64,000 bases of DNA. Source: Sphyrna mokarran. Taxonomy: Eukaryota. The stretch is from positions 73,656,001 to 73,720,000 of the forward strand of contig JAGIQG010000004.1 of the NCBI GenBank assembly GCA_024679065.1. The letters run 5' to 3'. Position 1 is the first letter of the stretch. Each line of letters begins with the position of its first letter. A program made the position numbers and the translations under genes. The notes under the pieces were generated by a model. It searched no databases and was not told where the DNA came from. It worked only from the letters and a program-made list of their open reading frames with translations. Below, one piece after another: positions 53,201 to 64,000 of the stretch.

Positions 53201-56200
53201 GAGGAGATAATGTGGTACAGCCTGGCTTTTCTCTACACAGGTTTAAAATGCAGTGAACAGTCTTGTCAAGTCAGCTCACTGGTTTGTATTTAGGTGGATG
53301 AATAAGGAATCTAAGTCCTCAAGCATTTCTGCATTGTTAGCCGGATAGTCAGGGATTCAATGTGGCCCTCACCCATACCTCCCACAAATCATCCTCACTG
53401 TTACCTTATCCCCTAGGTTGGTGGCTAAGGGCAGGCTGTTAACTTGCTTGTCCTCTTGGCTGTAATGTTGTTTCATCACATTGACATGATATAGCTTTTG
53501 CATTTTCCAATGGTCCAGTGTGTCAGGTAGTTTACTTCCCTGAGGTTTTTTGCTACTCTGTATAGGTATTTAGATGTTCACCATAAGTGGTAGCAACACT
53601 AACACCTAGTCTTCTGGCCGAAGATTTCTGACCCTAGCACACTTGTCTGACTGTGTTTTTTCACAGCTATTTGGAAGATTTTTAAAGAGTTTTTGGGTTA
53701 CTTTACAGGCCCTTGTGAATTGCTCACTTAACGCTGTTACATGATATAATAAGAAGATGCCCTTCTGCTCTAAAAATTTCCTTGTTTAATTTCAGAGATC
53801 TCTTACTTGGTGTTCCTAAACTAATTTGAGTGGAGAAAAACCAGAAGACTCACTGGGTGAGTGGTTGATAATGAACACATGAAAACCTAGTCCTTTACAG
53901 TACTGCTGCCCCCATTCCCTGCAAAGTGCTTTTAGGATCTGGTGATATTGTTGTAGTGCCTCCTGTAATGATGGATGATGTGTTTATGGGTTATGTCCAT
54001 CTATCCATGACCTGGAATATTTTGTACATGGAATTTGATCCCTGATCTGACTAGATCTCTATAGGCAGTTGATATCTAGAAATGGGTTAGTTCCCCCATC
54101 ACTGTTTTGGCAGTTATGGTTCTTGAGGGAACAGCCTTTGGGAAGTGACAGCAATGTCCATGATGGTAATGTTAAGGATATACAGGTAACCTGTTTTTGT
54201 TTTGGGCAGGGCTTTTGCACATTCCACAAACACCTTGCTGAATGGTGCTCCAAAAGCTGGCATAGGAATGACACGCAGGTTTTAATGCAGGCAGGAGTTT
54301 CCCCATAACCTGGCAGGTGTGCCACTTTCTGCAATATCTTGCTACATCCTTGTGGAGTTGTGGCCAGTAGAAATGTTGGTTGATGTGAGCTTGGGTTTGC
54401 CATGTGCTGACATGCTTAGTCCATGGGCTTTGTATGCTCGCTGTAATATTTCCCTGAGATACTTCGGTGGATCACTGTTTACTCCTCATTTTCATTTTGC
54501 GGGGATCTCATCTTCCTCCTTAGCAACTCATTTTAATCTAATAGCATTTAGAAATTGCCTGGGCAGTCTGACCAAGTTTCTTTGGGTCAGCTTCTGAGTC
54601 TCAATCAAGGAAGATTTATTTATTATCTCCTTTCTGTCTTCTTGACATTTGAAAGAAGTTTCAGATAACCATACAATAGAACCATCTGTCTCCAGCGCCA
54701 TTCAGCCTGCACTGATGGAGCTTGTCTGGCCATAGACAGGGTTATCACACAATCAGAGAAAATACTAGGCAATATATTCTGAAAATGTATTGCCTCCTGA
54801 TCTTGCTTGGCTCTCACGAGAGCACTGGAAATGTTCTCACGTTTGAACCTGTCAGATCATTGCCATGGAGCAGGTTGATCCCATTCGTGGTCACTAGTCC
54901 TGAAACAAGCTTGCATTCCAGGTGCACCCAGTACAAAGAGATGCCTTTAACAGTACCTTGGCACTTAGTGCACTTTCTGGTGGAAAGATCATGCCATTTC
55001 CCAGCAGAGTTTAACTGGATCCTGTATTCCTCAGTATCACTCCAGGCTTATTCACCTCACTCTGGAGATGTGTGACTGTTCTTCTGATACAATATCCTTC
55101 TAATACTCAGGGATTTGTTTAAACTCACTGTCGCTCTCACTAGTGTGTCTACAAGGATTTGCCACCACAGTCTGAGCTCTCTAACTGACTCCCATGGTCT
55201 GTGTGAGGTTAATGTGTCCCGATAAATCCCAGTTTTTTTTTGTATCTGAAACTTTAGTTAGAGAGATGTTGCTCTTTATGCTCTGCAGCAGTCCTACTCC
55301 TACCTTTCAGTGGTTAAAATGCACAAGCTTCCTGGCCTCACTTTTCTCAGTATCACCCTTTCTGGCCTGAGGAGGACTCTCCATATTTCTAGCTGTCCCT
55401 TCTCCCCAAGAGTTTCCTTTGGGATGAGAATTTGTGGATTAGTTCATTATCATCAGTCATCTTTGTGCCTGCGTGGTCCTTGCTGCCCTATGTGCTCAAT
55501 GTGTGTTCTTATTAGGAAATGTACGGAATTTCTGAACTGCTCAAAGAAAATTATTTCATGAAGGTTTTGATCAGCAGCTTATGTTTTAAATATCCACACC
55601 CACTGGTGGAAAGCAAGCCGCTTAAACTTCTCAAATTCTAGGTGTGTCTGGTCAGGCTGTTTCCAGAACTTCTAAATGTATGTCTGGCACTAGCTGGTAT
55701 GCATTTTAAAATTACCTTTTTTGCTTCCTCATATCTTATGGCACTTTCTTCAGGTAAGAGAGAGAAAATCTTGAGAGTTCTTTCTTAAAGCTCACTTTGC
55801 AATAACAGGGACCAGTGTTGAATTGGCCACTTTAATGCTATGCTAACAATTCGGAAGAGATGTTCTAGAGCTGCTCCATCGAACTGAGGGATTAAATAGG
55901 TGAATGATTTCCTCAGACTTAAGTGATGTCTTCAGAGAACATAGTCACATCCTTGCATCTTAACTCGTTATTTTACTTAAAAATCCCTTTGCCTTTTCTC
56001 TCTCTTCATTTGTTCCCTATCCTGTCTTTCTCCTTTCCTGAAATGTTGGTTTCAATTTCCACTTAATTTAACAGAGAAATCTTAATTTCTCTGTTGCTAA
56101 TGTACCTGTTTCCATGTTAGCAAATACTACTTTGTGATGTTTGGCCACTCATTTTAAAATTTCTGATTTTATAGTTTTTGCATGAAATTCTGTCTGTCAT

Positions 56201-57425
56201 GGAGCCTTTTAGCTCTCTGTGGGACAGAATTTTAAAATCCACCGAAGTAACTTTCCTCTCTTAAAATGTACTGACATAAAATGTGAACATTATTGCATTT
56301 CATTATTACAGACTCAAACTCTTTTTGCAACTTTTAATTGTTTTCAGAGGGACAGTTTATTTCTTGTACTCTTACTCTTTTATTAGAACATGGGAGCAAA
56401 TCTTAGAAACCAGTCCTAAACTTTGTTACGACTGGGTAAGGAGGAATGCATTGGCTCCCCCTTCTATTCAGCCCCTTTGGTTGATCCCAGCAAAAGTTTT
56501 TAAAATCTATTTTCCCTTTTAAAAACACGTTTTCCAATTCAAATGTCCTTATTTGCTAATAAGGAGCCAATCAGATCAGGTTTCCTTAAGTCAAAGAAAG
56601 AGCAAATTTATTTGCTACTAAATCTGAGAAAAAAAGACATACAAATTAGACATAATGAAGTTGGAATCCAATAAAAATTTAAAGGGATATACAATTAAGC
56701 CCTTTGCTTGTCTTTGAGCTGTAGATTGTTGAACGTTGCAGCTGTTTGAAGTTAATTGGTTTCCTGTATAATTCTGAAGTTGACTTGGTTCAGGTCTGCA
56801 CTTTGAATATACTCGTTCAGCTTTGGAGAGAGAAATTTTTTCTGCTGTATTGTGGCAGTGTCTTCAGATGACTGCAAATGTTTCTCACCCTGATCCTAGT
56901 TGGCAGAATCAGTTTTTAATACTCTTGTGGTATAAACAAAAGGAATTTGATTAACATGTCTTGCAGTCATCATTGTAGACCAAGTAATTCCATTTTTGAT
57001 CTTTTTACCTCTGAAAGGTTTAATACATTTTAAGATAAGAATCAACAGGAGATGGGGTTACTTTGTCCTCCATTGTTGATTTTGAATGACTATTTAACAG
57101 TTCCGATTATATTGATATAAATATAGCTGGTCAAAATCCATCACTTTGCACTTTTAATGCCTTCCTTTCAAGAGAGCCATTCTAATGAAGTGGATATCTA
57201 CACCACCCAAATGTGAAATTCTGTACAATAATAATGCAATGCAATGCATGTAAAATTGTTTTAGAGAAATGGTCAACTTGCATATCAGACATCAGACGAT
57301 TCATAGCAGTCATTTTTTAAATCAGTGTCTCTTTTTAAAAAAAAATAGGTCCTTAAACAGTTTAACGTGTGTGGTTAGCTGGTAAAGTTGTAAATCTCTC
57401 AGTCACAGCTTCTCATTATCATGCA
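50219..57425 (-). mobile_element. Decayed Gmr1-like Ty3/Gypsy LTR retrotransposon with two ~1-kb LTRs (about 50219-51240 and 56424-57425)
   Basis: Colinear diverged direct repeats; - strand remnants gag LIPQFD..LKWP (~55850), PR VILRNTGSS (~55030), IN FPKAVP/EI*SDQGSN (~54150-54030), RT SWSSSVVFTPKP/YRKVN/FGLRN..FQRLMN (~53080-52795), RH YFSKKL/IEKE/VYTDHN (~52550-52410). Confidence 0.85.
51377..52381 (-). mobile_element. Penelope-like 3' fragment (GIY-YIG region plus pLTR), related subfamily, inserted in the LTR element
   Basis: ORF remnants LPVGEHFSGHRHSAPDLRVNILQGG...VAEQRLIAKFHTHE; pLTR matches 46490-46575; hammerhead core mutated (CTAACGA...AAAA). Confidence 0.88.
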
Positions 57426-59408
57426 TGGTGTTCAACTCCTGATTGCTCATAAAGACCATGTCAAAGATAGTCAACTTTCCACGGTGGCGAAACTTCACCT
57501 TCAATAGCAGCCTTTAGAGTTTTTTAAAAAATAATTTCAACTTTTGTGAGCAACTTGATTGTTGATCAAATTAATTCCAATATGCTTGAACCTTTTGAAG
57601 TATGCGAGTGAGTTTGTATTCAGGTTTAGCACACATGGATGGCCTATCTTGTTACAATCATGGATAACTATCTATAATCCTTTAGTTGATCTGGAGCTGG
57701 TTTGTGGAGATTTTGAAGCCTGTGTGTGACCTACTGAGGACTGCATCACCTGGAATGAAACAATACAATACTAAAAACACAGCTTGCTATTTCTCTCATC
57801 ATGATACATTCTACCTGCGTTATCCATAATTTATTTCTTAAGAAGGGTGCACGCCTACAATTTAACGTGTCTTTTCCTTTTTAAGATGCTGACTGATTTG
57901 CTCTTTTTCTAGCATTTAATGTTTTAATCTACGATTTCCAACATTTGCAAGGAGTTCCTGTTTTACTTTTGACTTTTGAATTTTACAACCCCATTGCAGC
58001 CACCATGGACTATCGCTAAGAAAATGAATAGGGCCCAATTTGCCTTTTTGTCTCAAAACACCACATGTGGCATTATGAAAAACACTTGCTCTCTGCTTGA
58101 TCTTTTTTTGTTGAATGAATAATTGTCCAAAGGAAAAAATTCTTCACATTCCCAATCTCCTGAATGTACTTGAGATAATGTCTGGATTGGAAATTGAGGA
58201 TTTATGAAGGATTTCATTGCCAACAATATCTTTGACTACAAGGAGGCTTTCTAACCACAGTTCACTTGATTAAAATAATTGCCACAGTATTTTCGTCAGT
58301 TACATCACTCCCATGGGGTTGGAATATTATTTTTGATTGCACTGAAAACAGCGACATCTTTCAAAGCAGGAATCACAGTATAAACAACTTAGTAGATTAG
58401 TGAATGATAATCCTGGCAGAAGGAGCAAGATTTCCTATTTTGGGACTTAGTGGGGACACAGGAAATGGGACTCCAGACATCTCATATTTCTGACAACAGT
58501 CACATCTTTTTAAACTTCATTCTTAGAATATGGAATGGCTAGGGAGGCTCACAATCAGTAACCAAAATTACTTGCTCTTAACATGGTGGTTGCAAGTCAT
58601 CTCATTTGCTGTTCATTTGATGAGACTACTCCTGTATTGAATGTTCTATAGTTCTGATCCATAGTTGATAAAGGAATGCCAATCTATGCCCAAGTCAGCA
58701 TAGGATGGGAAACTTGGAGGTGATGATGCTCCTGTACACCTGCTGCACTTCCAGGTGTTGAATATTGTGTAGAAGGCTTTGTTTGTTGTAGACAAAAAGA
58801 ACATATGAATTCATTGCATCTGTTTCATTTAAATAAAGTAAGTGACAGCTGTTTCATTCTGCAGGACAGTGCTTTGACCAATCAAAGCCAAGCTACCTGG
58901 TTTATATTTCAAACATCTGCTGGTCTTCATCAGCTGGTGCATTCTCCATGGCAACAACTCTACCAATCAGCATTCTCTTCTTGTACAGTATAAGTTGTTG
59001 TTTTCTCCTTATACTGGTATTCTTATGAAGTCTCCTGATGAGTGCAGGGCAAAAAAGCTTTGACTGTCTCTTTTTGCTATTATTAATTTACACTTTGAGA
59101 AAGTTACAGCCAACATTGCCTATAATTTTCTTTGGACTTTGGATGATTTATTTAAATGTGCTGCTCTTTAAATTACTTCTGTTAAAGGGACCAACTTGTA
59201 CATGTCCTGGGTCTGGGGAGGGAAGTGGCAGTAGAATTTCCAGATTGTTGCATTTCTGGACTGCTTAGAGAGGCTGCTTCCCAAACAAAAGAAACTGAGA
59301 TGTTGAAGGGCAAGGGGCAAAATCTAACAGAACACATCATAACACACACAATTTTATCAAATTCAATGCCCAATGTTATGATCCTATTCACTAATTTCCT
59401 AAGGGAGG

Positions 59409-59984
59409 CATAGAACATTACAGCGCAGTACAGGCCCTTCGGCCTCGATGTTGTGCCAGCCAGGGGACTCTCTAATCTAAACTATTCCAATATCATCCAT
59501 ATGCCTATCCACCGACCATTTGAATGCCCCCAAAGTAGGCAAGTCCACAACTGCTGCAGGCAGGGCATTTCACGCCCTCACCACCCTCTGTGTGAAGAAC
59601 CTGTCTCTGACATCCGTCCTATAACTACCACCTCTTAATTTAAAGTTATGTCCCCTCATGTTGGTCATCACCATCCGAGGAAAAAGGCTCTCACTATCCA
59701 CCCTATCAAGTCCTTTGATCATCTTATACGCCTCAATTAGGTCACCGCGTAACCTTCTTCTCTCTAATGAAAATAACCTCAGGTCCCTCAGCCTTTCCTC
59801 ATAAGGACTTCCCACCATACCAGGCAACATCCTGGTAAACCTCCTCTGCACCCTTTCCAATGCTTCCACATCTTTCTTATAATGTGGTGACCAGAACTGT
59901 ACGCAATACTCCAAGTGCTGCCGCACCAGAGTTTTGTACAGTTGTAACATAACCTCACGGCTCCTAAATTCAATCCCTCTACCA
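59409..59984 (-). mobile_element. CR1 LINE 3' fragment
   Basis: ORF 59570-59950 HLEYCVQFWSPHYKKDVEALERVQRRFTRMLPG; tail catagaac and ggcccttcggcc hairpin. Confidence 0.93.
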
Positions 59985-60095
59985 GAATCAAAAGATTAGT
60001 AAACCTGACATGGTACTGATTAAAGAAATACATTTCACACATGCTGAAATTAAGCCAAACTCTGTAAAAACAAAAAAATCTTAAGCACAGTTTAT

Positions 60096-60269
60096 TTATT
60101 TTTTTTCAGGCCAGAACATTGGCCCAGCAACAGGCACAGGCAGAACTCTCATCCCACCAATCTTCAAATATCGATATCCAGATTCATCTGGTTTGAATTC
60201 TTCTACTTTGCTACTTCCGGGCTTGAAGTTTTCTGTCTTCTCGTGTGCAAATTCTTCTGTTAAAATCTT
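60096..60269 (-). CDS. Putative unknown gene, terminal exon (KILTEEFAHEKTENFKPGSSKVEEFKPDESGYRYLKIGGMRVLPVPVAGPMFWPEKK*)
   Basis: Acceptor ttccattttgcttacccttgaag|aag (phase 0); stop TAA overlaps tandem AATAAA (60091-60100), followed by a T-rich tract. Confidence 0.55.
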   Translation of the reverse strand, partial: KILTEEFAHEKTENFKPGSSKVEEFKPDESGYRYLKIGGMRVLPVPVAGPMFWPEKK

Positions 60270-60810
60270 CTTCAAGGGTAAGCAAAATGGAAATTTATTA
60301 ATAGAAAATAGCTTTTCACCATTCACATTCTGTTGATATTACAGTTCTGACTGGCATGAATTCAGTTTTTTGTAATCTTATCAAGTTGAGTGATTTGATT
60401 AGTTTATAACAGTTCTGTAACCAAAAGTAGAGCCTGATCAGTGTGGAGGTTAATGTCTCCACCAATGCTAAGGTCAAGGGCTATAACCGTATTAAGATTG
60501 TCAGCTCTGCTGACGTTGAGGTACAGGGTTAGACTGGCACAAAGACCAGAGCTTTACCCTTACACACGTCAGCGCTATGTTGGATTATGTTTTAATGACT
60601 CCTTTGACTCAAGATTTATGTACATCTGTGAAAAGGTTAATTTGACTCTTAGACCAGTGCTCACATAAAACCAATGGGTGTGTTATGGGTTTATACAACT
60701 TCACTCCATTAAATATCATCCACCAAAACAAGCAACAATAATCTTGTCCTGATGCCTTCTGATTTAAAATAAGTATTGATATGTTTACATTCGGTGAATG
60801 TGAAACCTAC

Positions 60811-60932
60811 TTCCATTTTGTGTAGATGTATTGGGTGTTTTGATGGCATCCTTTTATTTGGACATCTGGGCTTTTCAAAGCTATGGTTTTTGTGAAGCTT
60901 TGATTGTTCCAAGTTGAAAATAGCATCCAGAT
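60811..60932 (-). CDS. Putative unknown gene, internal exon (DLDAIFNLEQSKLHKNHSFEKPRCPNKRMPSKHPIHLHKME)
   Basis: Acceptor tcatttcccattgcag|at (phase 1), donor gaa|gtaggt (phase 0), 122 bp open. Confidence 0.55.
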
Positions 60933-61805
60933 CTGCAATGGGAAATGACAATATTGGTTTTCCATTTAGAAAAAATGTAATTCAGGCTTTATAGCACTTC
61001 TGTAGTCTATTAACAAATCAATCTAAGTAAAGAGAAGTAGAGGTTACAATGCCCATAATATTACAGTTTTAAGTATGTTTAAACTGAGCAACTTTCCCTA
61101 TAACAATGATGGCAACCAGCATTACTACTTTAGTCAATTGTTCACTTGCTTCTCTTCCCGTTAAGCTTGCTATTTAAATACAAATTATTGATGAGATAAT
61201 GGCAAGATGGAGGGTCAACCCCTTTTCTTTCATTTATTGTTAAAGTATTAGTGATAAACACAATATGGATATGGGATTTATCAATAGCTCACTGATCCTG
61301 TGATTTTCTTTTCATGGTAATTTATGGAGTTCTGGGATGGGTCTGTGGGAGGCAATATGAAACATTCATTTGTCATTCATCAGTGGTAATCATGTGGCCA
61401 TAAAAAGCAATAACATCCCAAGCATAATGCAACTTCAAAAAAGAGTTTAACTGAATCTTTCCCAGTGAAGTGTTTCCATAAATCAAAATTAGGGGTGGAT
61501 TCAACCTCTTCTCCCTATACAAAGAATTATAAATGTGAAATAGAAAAAAACACAATGGACCAGTAAGGTCATGTAAATATTAAAAGACACTGACTTAAAT
61601 ATATAACAATTTTTGTACCTGAGCAATGTCATACTAGAACTATTATATTTGTAAGGATTCAATGTGAGATAGCTATCTCATCAGACACGACTGATTTGAT
61701 GCACAGGACAGGTCACCTGAATGGGAAAATGAACTCGGGGGCAAATAGGGAGGGAATAATTAATAAGTTTATCTTGGATAAAGAGTTACTGCCTGCTGTA
61801 CAAAC

Positions 61806-61905
61806 CTAATATGGTTTTCTGACTAGAAGAGATCTCCAAATACTTGTCTTCATCGAGGTTTGGTGATAGAGCTGGAGGAGCGCAGTCAGCATAGTCTTCG
61901 TCCAT
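61806..61905 (-). CDS. Putative unknown gene, first coding exon (MDEDYADCAPPALSPNLDEDKYLEISSSQKTIL)
   Basis: acaATGG Kozak context; upstream acceptor cttgtgtctctctcag| (exon starts 61976); donor g|gtttgt, phase 1. Confidence 0.45.
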
Positions 61906-62919
61906 TGTGATTGGTGTGAGTTGATTAAATAGGTTTGGTCTTAGTCACAGTGATTGCTAGAATTTGCCACCTTCTGCTGAGAGAGACACAAGTATTTTTC
62001 AGAAATCAATATGACTCAAATGAAAACCTACAAAGGGCTGTTGGAGAGATTAGTAGGCATGTTCTTCACTCCATAACATCCTCAACAGTCATTCCTCAGC
62101 TTTAAATCTTGAGTTACTTTTAGAAATGGCTCCACCTGGAGCCTACATTATACTACTTAAAGTATTTTACAATATCACTTTCTGGCAACTTATTGATAAT
62201 ATACAAATAACTGTATTTTGTAACTATTACACCTTCCTTGTTTTAAACAAAGCAAAAATAGAATTAAATATATGATAAACATCAAATAGGTGCCTGTAAT
62301 GTTCTTGTGAAAACCCACTTTTCAGAATATAAGTGTCCCAAATAACTTGTTCGCTCACACACTGATCACAGCCTTATTTAAAAAGTGTATTTCTTTCATA
62401 TACCGAAGAGTATCCAATCCCTGTTCAAGGCTGATGTTGGACGATGATTACAGAGTTCATTGTTTAAAAGATAATTTTCTTGTATGGGAGATGGATTGTG
62501 ATCTCACAATGAATTCAATGGTGAGTTCATAATAGCTCAGAAGTGCCTACCTTACGAGGCTCCATTGTGCTTAACAGAGTTTATTGAAAAATAATGTGCT
62601 TGTATTTTTGGAATCCTCAAAAGTTTAAAAAATATTTTTAACACTAGTTTAATATATGCTGCAGGTTACATTAAAAGAAAATTCTTGGTCATATTTGACG
62701 TGCCCATTTTTGGAGCAATTTCAATGTAGTAAGGACATGGTAGAAAGATACGAATAGATGAAATGTAGTTATTACTATTGTTATTTACTCTCAGGAAATG
62801 TAGTCCTCAGATTTCCCCCCTCAGAATAAACTCATTGTAATGGAGTTGGGGCAAGAAACAGTTGTATCAGTTTCCCCCCTCTTTTCCTCCATTTTTAGAT
62901 AATGATGTTCTGTGTTGTG

Positions 62920-63500
62920 TCTTAAGGATGCTAAACTGAGGTGGTGGCTGCTCCCATGCTACTATTTAAAGAAACTGGGAGTTCTCCTTGTTGGCCTGGC
63001 CAAGATTTGTCCCTCAACCAACATCACTAAACCATTTCCAAAACATTGCTATCTTTGGGACCACGATATGGGTAAGTTAGAACATAGAACAATACAGCAC
63101 AAACAGGCCCTTCGGCCCACGAGTTGCGCCGATCACATCTACCACTCCACAGACCTATCTATAACTCCCTATCCTATTCTTTTCCATATACTCATCCAGA
63201 AGTCTCTTAAAAGACCTCAGTGAGTTTGCCTCAACAACCTCCGACGGCAGCTGATTCCATTCACTCACCATCCTCTGAGTGAAAAACCTACCCCTGACAT
63301 CTCCTTTGTATTTGCTTCCCTGCACCTTAAATCTGTGTCCTCTCGTAGTGACCATTTCAGCTGGGGGAAATAGTCTCTGAGAGTCCACCCTATCTATTCC
63401 TCAAGTTGTTTGGCTCCTTTCCTCTGTCAAAAAGTATTTAATTAGCTGTAAAATGCCTGAAAATGTTCTGAGGTCATAAAAAAATGCCTGTTAAATTAAA
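62920..63500 (+). mobile_element. DeuSINE split by the CR1 insertion at 63079-63402
   Basis: gggagttctcc...tccctcaaccaacatcactaaa on the left continues as aaagtatttaattagctgtaaa...ctgaggtcataaa on the right. Confidence 0.65.
63079..63402 (-). mobile_element. CR1 LINE 3' fragment nested inside a DeuSINE
   Basis: TRGHRFKV...RFFTQRMVSEWNQLP; aagtt at both junctions (63074, 63403). Confidence 0.9.
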
Positions 63501-64000
63501 GCAATGTAACCACTATTTAAGCTGAACCTCTCATGTTTTAGTAAAGCATCCAACATTGTTCATACCATAAGTAGACATTCTCCCCATCCCCCGCTGAGAT
63601 TACCTTAATAACAGATATCTTATTAGTGTACATTCTGGGAGGATATCCAGCAAACCTCTTTTTTCTGTTAAGGATGGACAGCAGTCCCCTGTCTAGATCG
63701 AGACAATCACTCTTCCCGAAACTCAGCAGCACCTTGTCTCCCGGGCTTTATGTAAATTTTATCACACACGGAAAGTGGGTCATGTTTAAGATTGGATTCC
63801 CTTTACTGAATTAATACTCAGTGTCCTTGCAATTCATAACAGCACCAGTTACCAGTACACACTTTCTCCAGTCAATTGCTGTTCAAAAATGTTCACCTGT
63901 TAAGCAAAGAGCTGCTAACTATTCATCCTCAAGAACCTATTGGCTTCCATTACTGCATGTCTCATCTTGTGATGCTATATTTCATTGCAAAGACATTAAT

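Overview
Eukaryotic genomic DNA from a cartilaginous fish, most likely a shark (inferred from HE1-like V-SINEs, SacSINE1-like DeuSINEs and HER1-like CR1 LINEs). The + strand carries the last 17 coding exons (2723-47554) of a p90 ribosomal S6 kinase with RSK4/RPS6KA6-diagnostic residues. All have GT-AG boundaries and splice into one open frame of about 605 residues; the 5' exons lie outside the window. The introns and 3' flank are rich in transposon relics: a 1.9-kb zero-spacer Penelope (GIY-YIG) palindrome with a 16-bp TSD, several miniature inverted pseudo-LTR elements with minimal hammerhead-ribozyme cores, CR1 LINEs, SINEs, a decayed two-gene PIF/Harbinger transposon and a decayed two-LTR Gmr1-type retrotransposon (integrase upstream of RT). 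At the right end, three - strand exons (61905-60096) splice in phase into an unrecognised 131-aa ORF with a strong Kozak ATG and tandem AATAAA, convergent on RPS6KA6. All calls were read by eye; no database searches were run.
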